The notes: generated by a model not told the origin, from the letters alone. A stretch of DNA of 29,095 bases from an uncultured virus (IMG/VR IMGVR_UViG_3300014004_000001) (IMGVR_UViG_3300014004_000001:124001-153095), one strand, 5' to 3'; positions 16,137 to 23,952 are shown, counted from the stretch's first letter. Numbers and translations: made by a program.

Positions 16137-16166
16137 ACTATATCATTTACTATGTACGTCTGTCAA
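16137..16166 (-). promoter_or_regulatory. sigma70-type promoter
   Basis: TTGACA-N18-TATAGT with TG extended -10. Confidence 0.75.
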
Positions 16167-16304
16167 GTTTTTCTTAGGGAAGAAGAGATCACAATAATGA
16201 ATGCAGAAAAGTTCCACCAAAGCCTCCTCCTTGTACGACAAACACTGCTCATCTTGTTATTTTACATTAAAACCTGGATAACAACCATCAGACAAATCTT
16301 AGTA

Positions 16305-16469
16305 TCATCTTATGGCTACAAGGTAGAAACATAGAACACACCCAACCACACTTACTAAGAAACTGACATAAACAACAAGCTTGTTATCATCCACAATAAC
16401 CACAGCGAATGCGGCAGATGTTATCACGAAAAGAACCATCAACAGAATATCCCTGTTTACTGCATCCAT
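16305..16469 (-). CDS. 54-aa two-TM membrane protein
   Basis: GAGGAGGT RBS; MDAVNRDILLMVLFVITSAAFAVVIVDDNKLVVYVSFLVSVVGCVLCFYLVAIR; not in ORF track. Confidence 0.7.
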   Translation of the reverse strand: MDAVNRDILLMVLFVITSAAFAVVIVDDNKLVVYVSFLVSVVGCVLCFYLVAIR

Positions 16470-16496
16470 AGACACCTCCTCTTGTTAGTTACAGAA

Positions 16497-16525
16497 AGTA
16501 TAATACCGGAACGTTACGATTACAA
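16497..16525 (-). promoter_or_regulatory. sigma70-type promoter (leftward)
   Basis: TTGTAA-N17-TATACT upstream of the 16469 RBS. Confidence 0.6.
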
Positions 16526-16597
16526 CTACGAAGAACGGGTGATTTTGATTGATAGGTAGGACTTATCTGAAAGGAATAATTGATAGGGAACGCTGTA

Positions 16598-16626
16598 TTG
16601 ACTTTTGCGAAAAAACATGCTACCCT
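16598..16626 (+). promoter_or_regulatory. sigma70-type promoter (rightward, antisense to surrounding genes)
   Basis: TTGACT-N17-TACCCT with TG extended -10; no + strand ORF follows. Confidence 0.55.
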
Positions 16627-16632
16627 AAACAT

Positions 16633-16761
16633 ATGTTTACGAGCGATAGCGAGTAGTGATTTGTATAGTATTATTGCATGTTACTCACGATAGGGAGTAA
16701 GCAATGTTAGTGAGGTAGACAGACTATGATCAACCATCTACCTACTAACTATCTATTACTC
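16633..16761 (+). ncRNA. candidate structured non-coding RNA
   Basis: two bulged hairpins (16673-16705, 16706-16749) and a possible closing stem GAGTAGT/ATTACTC downstream of an ORF-less promoter. Confidence 0.45.
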
Positions 16762-16959
16762 AGAGAAGGTACATTCAAATACAGTCCAGACTAATATTAC
16801 AGTCCAAGATGCTAACAGTATTCTGAAGATAGTCCACCAACTAAACACATCTACTGTAATCCAGTGTCCAGCTACCAGTGATCCTGCTAACCAACCTCCT
16901 ACAACACTAATAATCCAAATAATAAAAGCTATTACGGAATACGTAGCAAATTTCTTCAT
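16756..16959 (-). CDS. two-TM membrane protein
   Basis: GAGGAGGT RBS; two hydrophobic stretches, 67 aa. Confidence 0.75.
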   Translation of the reverse strand: MKKFATYSVIAFIIWIISVVGGWLAGSLVAGHWITVDVFSWWTIFRILLASWTVILVWTVFECTFSE

Positions 16960-17237
16960 ACACCTCCTCTGTAAAGTTTGTCTTCTCGTTTAACTTCAAT
17001 ATTACCGTCCTTGTCTACAAGAATCAACACTGAACATGAGTAATATCCTTCTGCAACAGTCTCGATCTGTTCTTCCAGATCCTTCGTCAATTCTTCTCCC
17101 ATAAGATAGAAGGCAAACTTAGTACAGTGCAATAACTCCTCCTTGAAGTTAACCATCTTATAGATATTCATCCCTGCCTTGTGTTCGTCTACTGTCCAAC
17201 CACTTGATCGAAGTCTGACTGCGGCGTTATGTCTCAT
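16956..17237 (-). CDS. hypothetical protein
   Basis: ATGA-coupled at both ends; start uncertain. Confidence 0.7.
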   Translation of the reverse strand: MRHNAAVRLRSSGWTVDEHKAGMNIYKMVNFKEELLHCTKFAFYLMGEELTKDLEEQIETVAEGYYSCSVLILVDKDGNIEVKREDKLYRGGV

Positions 17238-17377
17238 CGTCCGTTACCGTTCAACTGATCACGTAACTTCTCTGCATCTCGTTTTTGTGGGAACGTGGCA
17301 ACAGAGACATTGAACTCATTAACAACAGAAAAAGACTTGTCCAGGTTTTCACGGATAGTAAAAGGTTTCTTGCTCAT
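17234..17377 (-). CDS. 47-aa hypothetical protein
   Basis: MSKKPFTIRENLDKSFSVVNEF...; GGAGG RBS; ATGA-coupled; not in ORF track. Confidence 0.65.
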   Translation of the reverse strand: MSKKPFTIRENLDKSFSVVNEFNVSVATFPQKRDAEKLRDQLNGNGR

Positions 17378-17727
17378 AATCTCCCTCCATCTTTAAGACG
17401 ATTTTTAACCCAGCGTAGACGATCTGGATCTGTGTGTTGTGAAGCATTTTCTGAATCAAGTAAGTAAGACTTTCTTCCGAACGGGTAGGTTTCACATAGT
17501 CCTGCTTCAATAAACTGATTATTCAACTCTGTAATAGTGTCATCAACTAAATACCAACTCTCTTCTGGAAGGTCTAAATCATACAACCAATACTCAAGAT
17601 TGCCACATAACCCTACACAAGAGCTAAACACTCCTTCCATAATAAGGCCCGTTTCATCCCCGTTTTCAGCCCAAGATAACCAAGCTTCATAAAAATCCAA
17701 AAGCCTTGCGGTTGATTCGATCTTCAT
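17374..17727 (-). CDS. GLC/PF/HxxxxRxxWV family member 1
   Basis: FYEAWLSW, VGLCGNL, QFIEAGL..YPF, QHTDPDRLRWV. Confidence 0.8.
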   Translation of the reverse strand: MKIESTARLLDFYEAWLSWAENGDETGLIMEGVFSSCVGLCGNLEYWLYDLDLPEESWYLVDDTITELNNQFIEAGLCETYPFGRKSYLLDSENASQHTDPDRLRWVKNRLKDGGRL

Positions 17728-17729
17728 AA

Positions 17730-17915
17730 TCACTCTCCTACACTTTCTGGTGTGCCGTCCCACGCGCCCAATACTTCTTTCAGGTGTGCACGGGGTTCTT
17801 TAAAATACTCTTCCATTTTATCCAGAAGATCGTCTGTGTTTGGACTGTATCCCAACATCCCACGTAGAACTCTTTCTTCTTGCAAGACCAACCATCTATG
17901 ATAGCTTCGAATCAT
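17730..17915 (-). CDS. hypothetical protein
   Basis: ATG 17915 after GGAGG. Confidence 0.65.
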   Translation of the reverse strand: MIRSYHRWLVLQEERVLRGMLGYSPNTDDLLDKMEEYFKEPRAHLKEVLGAWDGTPESVGE

Positions 17916-18330
17916 AATATTCCTCCAGGAGTTTCTCAATTCTCTGAACGGTCTTAGTATCCCAATAAACCTTCTTAAAGTCAAGTGTTCCGTGTGCATT
18001 TCTTTTTGTTTCGAAGTAATAGCCACCTTCGCGCTCCAAGCGATCACGGATCACTTCTATAAGATGATTTTTAGAGTTTTTTGTCAAGCAGTAGTCATAT
18101 TCCCCTTTTAAGAGATCTACGGAAGGTTGACGGTTATCTCCAACCTGGGAAATCTTCCAGCTAACCAGCGATCCTTGGATACCAACATCTGTCTGCTTCA
18201 CAGAGAAGCCTTTTGAACCCCAGCCTCCCAATGTGACCATTGTTAGTGGTTCTCCTGTTAGAGAGCGGCTAAGGGTGTCATTACGTGGTCCACCTAAAGT
18301 GGAAAACCATTTGAAAATCTTCTTAAACAT
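17896..18330 (-). CDS. hypothetical protein
   Basis: ATG 18330 after GAGGAG. Confidence 0.75.
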   Translation of the reverse strand: MFKKIFKWFSTLGGPRNDTLSRSLTGEPLTMVTLGGWGSKGFSVKQTDVGIQGSLVSWKISQVGDNRQPSVDLLKGEYDYCLTKNSKNHLIEVIRDRLEREGGYYFETKRNAHGTLDFKKVYWDTKTVQRIEKLLEEYYDSKLS

Positions 18331-18359
18331 TGTCTGCTCCTCTCGTTCAACATGCACAA

Positions 18360-18388
18360 ACAATAACACCCTCCGAAGAGGGTGTCAA
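18360..18388 (-). promoter_or_regulatory. sigma70-type promoter whose spacer is a UUCG hairpin
   Basis: TTGACA-CCCTCTTCGGAGGGTGT-TATTGT. Confidence 0.6.
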
Positions 18389-18391
18389 TGA

Positions 18392-18601
18392 TTAATCGAT
18401 CACAAAAAATGTAGCGTTCAAACGTCTGAATGTCGCAGGGCTATATCCGTGATCACACTCTTCAATAAACTGGTCTGTAGTCTGATCGTAACTATAATAC
18501 TGATCATTTTGGAAATGGAAGGACGCACAGAACAAATCATCTCCTACAGTCCACACTGCCACAAAGTTCTTACCGAACGGATAACCTTCAACTGCTTTCA
18601 T
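18392..18601 (-). CDS. hypothetical protein
   Basis: GAGGAGGG RBS, 69 aa. Confidence 0.75.
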   Translation of the reverse strand: MKAVEGYPFGKNFVAVWTVGDDLFCASFHFQNDQYYSYDQTTDQFIEECDHGYSPATFRRLNATFFVID

Positions 18602-18613
18602 TTTTCCCTCCTC

Positions 18614-18883
18614 TTACCAAGAAACATACATAGAGTAAACAAGATCATTACAGTCTGTCGAGAACGTAGCACTGCAACCTTGAGATCTTAATTTGTCACA
18701 AATCCCGCGTACAATCGAAGCTTGTAGTTCTTTACCTTGCGGTAGACCTAAAGCTTTCACTGGGTGTTGGATCTGTATGTTGTAGTAGCCCTCTTCTGCT
18801 GCTGTTGTAATCAAGGTTTCTGCTCGTTTGATATATTCAAAATTCACAGAGTCTGCCAAAGCGTGTAAAGATTGTGCATCCAT
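18614..18883 (-). CDS. hypothetical protein, similar to the C-terminal domain of 22584..23138
   Basis: AAEEGYY...DKLRSQG...YVSW. Confidence 0.75.
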   Translation of the reverse strand: MDAQSLHALADSVNFEYIKRAETLITTAAEEGYYNIQIQHPVKALGLPQGKELQASIVRGICDKLRSQGCSATFSTDCNDLVYSMYVSW

Positions 18884-18893
18884 ATTACCCCCC

Positions 18894-19229
18894 TTAAGAA
18901 CGATCAAGTTTCATTAAAAATACAATCATAGCAGCACGTAGTGGTTTATCATCTCCGCGCGACGGTACGCCTTCTATCTTAGCGAGCCACCCGCGAGGGA
19001 TGCCATCGTCTCCTGTCACAGGACTAATACAAATTCTGTGTTTTACTATGATAGCCCAAGCATCTGCTGGATCATTGCAGTAATCATACCAAGTGTAATT
19101 ACCGTTGCAGTCATTCCCCACTGATCGTCCATCTGCATTGTGCGGATAACCTAAAGGCTTGACACCGTGGACTGCTGCAAACACACGCTTGTTGATTTCA
19201 AAATCACTCATTACTCCATATTCTGTCAT
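18894..19229 (-). CDS. NinX-family (DUF2591) protein
   Basis: SDFEINKRV, DYCNDPADAWAII, PLRAAMIVFLM. Confidence 0.85.
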   Translation of the reverse strand: MTEYGVMSDFEINKRVFAAVHGVKPLGYPHNADGRSVGNDCNGNYTWYDYCNDPADAWAIIVKHRICISPVTGDDGIPRGWLAKIEGVPSRGDDKPLRAAMIVFLMKLDRS

Positions 19230-19555
19230 GCTTTCTCCTTATCTTTGGATACTGGAAGGATATTGATCATAACAACCCCATCATATCCGTAGGTATCGTT
19301 GATTGTAGTTTCAACTTCACGTATGTCGGCTAAAGACGGAGGCCAATCTGTGAATTGCACATCAATATTACCTGTCCCGATAAAATTACCTTCTTCTGGT
19401 CTGTAGTTGTATACAAACACAGCATCGTAAAGAAACTCCTTCTGTTTGTTACGCTTCTTAAAAGTGCGGTCTAAGGCATAGATGCTTCCTATGACACATA
19501 CCGCTACAGCAACAACAACAATGTTAAAATAGAGTTCTTGTAAAATTGCGCTCAT
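19226..19555 (-). CDS. N-terminally membrane-anchored hypothetical protein
   Basis: IVVVAVAVCVIGSIYAL followed by a basic stop-transfer segment. Confidence 0.75.
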   Translation of the reverse strand: MSAILQELYFNIVVVAVAVCVIGSIYALDRTFKKRNKQKEFLYDAVFVYNYRPEEGNFIGTGNIDVQFTDWPPSLADIREVETTINDTYGYDGVVMINILPVSKDKEKA

Positions 19556-19557
19556 TG

Positions 19558-19887
19558 TTATTTACCCCCTTCCAGTTTTGATTTAACCCATGCCAACCGT
19601 TCTTTGTTCATATGTTGCGTGCCGTGCTCATAATCCTGCATATAAGCTAAGTCACCAAATGGGTACAAGGTGTCTTGGAAATCTTTGAAAAGCATTTCTG
19701 CAAATGCTTCGGTAACTTCGTCAATTTCTTTTAATGAAAACCCTTGTTCCAGTAACCAGTAAGACAAAGAGTCGCAAAGCCCAACAAGTGTGCTGAAGGG
19801 TTTGACATTCTCTCTTTTCGGAGCCACTTTAGCCCAGGCTAACCACGCCTTAAGAAATTGTTGGATAATCACTTCGTTCTTTGTCAT
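19558..19887 (-). CDS. GLC/PF/HxxxxRxxWV family member 2
   Basis: FLKAWLAW, VGLCDSL, YPF, QHMNKERLAWV. Confidence 0.8.
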   Translation of the reverse strand: MTKNEVIIQQFLKAWLAWAKVAPKRENVKPFSTLVGLCDSLSYWLLEQGFSLKEIDEVTEAFAEMLFKDFQDTLYPFGDLAYMQDYEHGTQHMNKERLAWVKSKLEGGK

Positions 19888-19895
19888 TTTAGCTC

Positions 19896-20570
19896 CTATT
19901 TAATGTTCAGTTTGTTGAGCAGACGTTGAACCGTATAAGGGTGCCATGTGGTACTGCCACGAACGGTTTCAATTTTCTCTTCAGTAAAGATCTCTGCAAT
20001 TCGAGTCAGAGATGCTCCTGCTTTCCTCATTAACGTCACTTTATCACGAAGCTTCTCTGCATACAAGACACTTTTATCATTTTTTCGAGGTTGTTTGTAG
20101 TCTTGACGTGATTCTTTATACTTAGGGGAAGCAGATCCTAAAAGAACTCCTTTGCTCTTAGCTACTGCCAAACCTTTCTTAATACGATCTGCCATACCGC
20201 GAACTTCCTGTTCAGCAAGAACAGATAAAAGCTGGATAACCATCTTGTCTGCATCCGGCATGATCGCAATCTTAACGTCAATCATTTCCAAGAGGATTGC
20301 TACCGAGGCGTTGTTACGACCTAAACGGTCCACTTTAGCTACCAAAAGCGTTGCTCCGGTAGCTTTACACATCTCAACAGCTTTGACCAGTTCTTTACGT
20401 TGTTTCCAATCCCCTTTACCTGAATAGAATTCGGAAAACTCCCCGATCACTTCAGCCTCCGGCACAGACTCTAAGAAGTAACGGATATCGTTTTCCTGGC
20501 TCTGCATACCATACTGGGCTTCGCCTTTCTTCTGTTTGGACAAACGGCTGTAAACAACAAACTTTTTCAT
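19896..20570 (-). CDS. serine recombinase (resolvase/invertase family) with C-terminal DNA-binding domain
   Basis: YSRLS catalytic Ser, EFYSG, LLVAKVDRLGRN, AEQE, RIKKGLAVAKSKG, C-terminal SLTRIA...WHPYTVQRLL. Confidence 0.92.
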   Translation of the reverse strand: MKKFVVYSRLSKQKKGEAQYGMQSQENDIRYFLESVPEAEVIGEFSEFYSGKGDWKQRKELVKAVEMCKATGATLLVAKVDRLGRNNASVAILLEMIDVKIAIMPDADKMVIQLLSVLAEQEVRGMADRIKKGLAVAKSKGVLLGSASPKYKESRQDYKQPRKNDKSVLYAEKLRDKVTLMRKAGASLTRIAEIFTEEKIETVRGSTTWHPYTVQRLLNKLNIK

Positions 20571-20580
20571 GATCAACTCC

Positions 20581-20787
20581 TCAATCGTTATCAGGCTTCC
20601 ATTTTACAAACTTGAAGCAGTTATTGTCAAGGAATTTATTGGCATCTTTTTCCTGTTTCCAAACGATGCATTGTTCTTTAAGGGCTATCTGCTCATTCTG
20701 CACGTCTGATACCACATCAGCAAGGAGGATCAGAAATCCCAAAAAGACCAACGTCAATAACAGATTAAAGAAAGTTTGAAAACTCAT
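20581..20787 (-). CDS. small membrane-anchored protein
   Basis: N-terminal TM helix; ATG 20787 after GGAGG. Confidence 0.7.
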   Translation of the reverse strand: MSFQTFFNLLLTLVFLGFLILLADVVSDVQNEQIALKEQCIVWKQEKDANKFLDNNCFKFVKWKPDND

Positions 20788-21038
20788 GCGTCCTCCCATT
20801 TAATCCACAGAATCATTTCTTCAACGTAAACCTCTTTACCTTTGTTATTGATGAAAGTGTATTCTATGAACTCCGCTGTATACTTTTTGTTGTATTGCTC
20901 CGCTGCTGGGATCGGACACTTTGTCATACGTGTCTCAACCCATTGACGATGAATCGTTGCCTTGTTTTTGGGGTCAAACGGGTGTAAATAGTGCGGTTCC
21001 CCACCCTGACTTTGCCCCATCTTATTTTTCTTTGCCAT
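20784..21038 (-). CDS. hypothetical protein
   Basis: ATG 21038 after GGAGGT (MAKKNKMG...). Confidence 0.7.
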   Translation of the reverse strand: MAKKNKMGQSQGGEPHYLHPFDPKNKATIHRQWVETRMTKCPIPAAEQYNKKYTAEFIEYTFINNKGKEVYVEEMILWIKWEDA

Positions 21039-21366
21039 GCTGCACCTCCTCCAGACGGTCATACACCCAAGCAAGACGGTCGAAGTTTTTGTGTTGGGTG
21101 CCGGACTTCTTCTCAATCCAATAACAAGGAATCCAACCTGACAGATCCCACTCGCCATCGAACGGGTAGTTCCATTCTAAACCTTCCGCTTCAAACTGTT
21201 CTGTCATTTCATCAGAAAGGGAAAGATACAAGTCTTGGTCTTCCCCGCAATACACTTCCACTGCATGACACAAACCGCAAGCTTTGATGTTTTCGTGCGG
21301 ATCTTGGCCCATAGCCTGATCCAACCACCACTCATAAAACTCCAGTAAAGCTTCACTTGATCTCAT
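21022..21366 (-). CDS. GLC/PF/HxxxxRxxWV family member 3
   Basis: FYEWWL, CGLCHAV, EMTEQFEAEGL..YPF, QHKNFDRLAWV. Confidence 0.8.
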   Translation of the reverse strand: MRSSEALLEFYEWWLDQAMGQDPHENIKACGLCHAVEVYCGEDQDLYLSLSDEMTEQFEAEGLEWNYPFDGEWDLSGWIPCYWIEKKSGTQHKNFDRLAWVYDRLEEVQHGKEK

Positions 21367-21739
21367 TTTCTTCCCCTCCCCCTTTTCCAATAAGCGGCGA
21401 AGCCGCGATCATCGACTTATAGACAACTTCGGCTGTTCGGGTTAGCCCCGTCCAGTCCTTCGCTGCCTCCAACATTTCTGGGGTAGGCTCTTTCGGGACC
21501 AAGACATACCCTTCTGGGACACACATCCCACTCTCTTTCTTTTCGGCTTCTTCCGACATAACTTGCCACACTCCATAGCTGCAATTCTCGAACAAACAAT
21601 AGAGTTCAGATCCTTCATCATCCACGACAATGAAACAGTTCTCATCTGCTACTTTGGCGTTGTAGATCCGACCTATGGTTAAATAGTCTCGGACATTAAT
21701 AAACTTAGAGGCAAGAAACTTCACACGAATGTTTTTCAT
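21353..21739 (-). CDS. TxGRxY module fused to an Eaa-type VPKEPTPEM module
   Basis: YLTIGRIY..VDDEG; VPEGYVLVPKEPTPEMLEAA...YKSMIAASP. Confidence 0.75.
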   Translation of the reverse strand: MKNIRVKFLASKFINVRDYLTIGRIYNAKVADENCFIVVDDEGSELYCLFENCSYGVWQVMSEEAEKKESGMCVPEGYVLVPKEPTPEMLEAAKDWTGLTRTAEVVYKSMIAASPLIGKGGGEENEIK

Positions 21740-21975
21740 TTCTTAAACTCCGAAAAGCAACCCAAAGAGATGACCCCGCCATTATAGACGATAGCAAACT
21801 GGCACCCTGTCTTCGTATCGGTAATGATGTAATCTAAAGCCCCAGTCATGCCAGTTTGGACAAAGCGGTTATCGGTTATAACTTTTGAGTCCGAGAAGCC
21901 GTTAACTTTCGGCACAGTGTCTGCCATAACAGCCGGAGCCACCAGAAACAACGCGATCAGTAATGCCTTTTTCAT
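21736..21975 (-). CDS. secreted/periplasmic small protein
   Basis: Sec signal MKKALLIALFLVAPAVMA-D; ITDTKTGCQF. Confidence 0.75.
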   Translation of the reverse strand: MKKALLIALFLVAPAVMADTVPKVNGFSDSKVITDNRFVQTGMTGALDYIITDTKTGCQFAIVYNGGVISLGCFSEFKK

Positions 21976-21986
21976 AAATCCTCCGA

Positions 21987-22301
21987 TTACTCTTTGAATG
22001 AATTGCGACGACCAATACGAGCACAGCGATCACCTTCATAAGAGGTGAAATCCAGACTTACGCGGAAGCCAGGGTGGGTATCAGAGATCCCCACATTCTT
22101 CACCCACATCTCGAAACTGCCGATATGTAAGGTCATAATGTTTACATACCATTCCAGCGTCACTTCTGTGCCGTCTACGCCTGTGATGTAGAAATCACGA
22201 GCGAAATGGGTGTCGTGCTTCTGTTTCTGACGCTCATACTTAGCGATTGCACCTTTCTCAACAGCCGCTTTCAGGATCACTTCTAACTCTTCTATTTGCA
22301 T
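21987..22301 (-). CDS. hypothetical protein
   Basis: AAGGAG RBS after promoter, 104 aa. Confidence 0.8.
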   Translation of the reverse strand: MQIEELEVILKAAVEKGAIAKYERQKQKHDTHFARDFYITGVDGTEVTLEWYVNIMTLHIGSFEMWVKNVGISDTHPGFRVSLDFTSYEGDRCARIGRRNSFKE

Positions 22302-22330
22302 GTTCTCTCTCCTTTATTGTTGATGCAACC

Positions 22331-22359
22331 ACTATAATATGTCTGACACTCTCTGTCAA
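22331..22359 (-). promoter_or_regulatory. sigma70-type promoter
   Basis: TTGACA-N17-TATAGT-N5-CATC. Confidence 0.85.
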
Positions 22360-22571
22360 ATGTTTTCTGCTTCCAACACTACTCTTTGGATCTGCACGTC
22401 ATCAATGTTTGCGAGACAATTCCCTAAAATAAGCCCTGCTCGGAAAGGGGCTTGGAACTTGGAGGAAGCCCCCACTCGAATAGAATACTCCACACCGCAC
22501 ATAACATAATCTACACGGTACATATTCAAGCCCATGAACATGAGTTCTTCTTCCGACTCTTCGATTTGCAT
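22356..22571 (-). CDS. hypothetical protein, similar to the C-terminal domain of 24518..24862
   Basis: GAGGAG RBS; GASSKFQAPFRAGLILG..DDVQIQRVV. Confidence 0.75.
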   Translation of the reverse strand: MQIEESEEELMFMGLNMYRVDYVMCGVEYSIRVGASSKFQAPFRAGLILGNCLANIDDVQIQRVVLEAENI

Positions 22572-22583
22572 TTTTATCTCCTC

Positions 22584-23138
22584 TTAGTTCCAACTAATAA
22601 TGATGTGTTTGATAACCCCAAAAACGCTATATTCCGCTGTTGTCAACGTTACATCTAAACCTTTTGCACGCAACATTGTGGCTACTACATTCACCCCTTC
22701 TTTTTGTTTATCCATCTCTTCGTAAGAAGAAGGGCTGTTACACAAACCAAAACTCGAAGGTTCAAAATATTTTTGGAATTTCCCCTGTTCTGCATAATCT
22801 TCAATCTCCGGCAGAACAGAGTCTACCATTTCACTAAAATGGGAATTTGCTTGCAGTGCTTTACTACGTAGTTTATCACGTAAACTTCCCACATACGCTT
22901 CCTGATCTTCTGTCTGCTCTTCTTCACAGAAAGGATGAAGTTCAGCCCACTCCCAAACGTCTCCCTCTAAAGCAAACGTTGTGTTGTAATTGAAGAAGGT
23001 GCAACGTGGAAGTTCCCCGTTGAAAGAGTCCTTCAGCAAAATGTATTTCTTACCATTTGCATGGAAGAGTTCCCCTTTGATAACCTTGCCTTTCTGGATA
23101 TCGCTGTTGGTGGAACGGGTGCAGATAAACTGTTTCAT
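22584..23138 (-). CDS. two-domain hypothetical protein
   Basis: GAGGAG RBS; C-terminal half resembles 18614..18883. Confidence 0.8.
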   Translation of the reverse strand: MKQFICTRSTNSDIQKGKVIKGELFHANGKKYILLKDSFNGELPRCTFFNYNTTFALEGDVWEWAELHPFCEEEQTEDQEAYVGSLRDKLRSKALQANSHFSEMVDSVLPEIEDYAEQGKFQKYFEPSSFGLCNSPSSYEEMDKQKEGVNVVATMLRAKGLDVTLTTAEYSVFGVIKHIIISWN

Positions 23139-23167
23139 GATTTTCTCCTCTCTGTTTTGATGAGATG

Positions 23168-23196
23168 ATTATGACAAAGACAGATCCCGCTGTCAA
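23168..23196 (-). promoter_or_regulatory. sigma70-type promoter
   Basis: TTGACA-N17-CATAAT-N5-CATC. Confidence 0.8.
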
Positions 23197-23513
23197 CCAA
23201 TTATTTCTTCTGCTACACGTTCTTTTACCCAGTTCACACGATCCACATTCAAATGACAACGGCTTTTTTCCGCTTCTAAGGTGTACTTTCCAAAATTACT
23301 ATTGAAAGGCAACACCATAACCAAATCTTTGTGGTAGAACTGCTCATGCATTTCATCCAGTACAGGTTCGTATCGTTCGCTTTCCCCCATATCGTAAAAA
23401 TCATAGAGGTTCGTGCACAAACCTGTGCAACGGGTGAACGGCTTACCTTCAGGAGCACCAGCTTCCAACCATGCCAAATACGTGCGGTAAAATGTTAATA
23501 GTTCTTCGCTCAT
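23193..23513 (-). CDS. GLC/PF/HxxxxRxxWV family member 4
   Basis: FYRTYLAWLEAGAP, TGLCTNL, EMHEQF, LPFN, CHLNVDRVNWV. Confidence 0.8.
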   Translation of the reverse strand: MSEELLTFYRTYLAWLEAGAPEGKPFTRCTGLCTNLYDFYDMGESERYEPVLDEMHEQFYHKDLVMVLPFNSNFGKYTLEAEKSRCHLNVDRVNWVKERVAEEIIG

Positions 23514-23722
23514 TTCCACTCTCCTTCATGATAGTAAACCTCAAAAGAATAGTAAGTGAACATGCTCATTGTAACACCTGCCATTTCTGGATCAAAGGGG
23601 GTGTTGTTATACATGTCAACTACTGCCTGACCCGCTGCTTTGGCATGTGCTGCCGAATCACAGGCACAAACATCTTTCTCCCACGGAAACTTGCCATCAT
23701 ACTTAAGACGGACAATCCACAT
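23510..23722 (-). CDS. hypothetical protein
   Basis: GGAGG RBS, 70 aa. Confidence 0.7.
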   Translation of the reverse strand: MWIVRLKYDGKFPWEKDVCACDSAAHAKAAGQAVVDMYNNTPFDPEMAGVTMSMFTYYSFEVYYHEGEWK

Positions 23723-23724
23723 GG

Positions 23725-23952
23725 TTATTCCTCCATCTCAAACCATTGAGGGAATACTTTACGGAAGACACGGGTTGTTTCCAAAAGGAATTCCAATTCT
23801 TTTTCCTGATCTGCGTCCCAACCATTTATTTTAACACGGTTTGCTAATGCACTTGCACGATGACTCAACTCTTGACAAATTGGATCACGCAAGAATATTC
23901 CGTCATAAAACTGACAAACAGCTTCAAGTTCATACCAATTATAAGCAGCCAT
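23725..23952 (-). CDS. hypothetical protein
   Basis: TAATG coupling, 75 aa. Confidence 0.7.
   Translation of the reverse strand: MAAYNWYELEAVCQFYDGIFLRDPICQELSHRASALANRVKINGWDADQEKELEFLLETTRVFRKVFPQWFEMEE

Noticed and set aside
16470..16756. tRNA or CRISPR array in the non-coding gap
   Set aside because: No cloverleaf or TTCGA T-arm; repeats are only 9-12 bp and irregularly spaced
22735..22765. FGLCN in ORF 22584 as a seventh GLC-family copy
   Set aside because: Lacks the N-terminal FYxxW, PF and HxxxxRxxWV motifs
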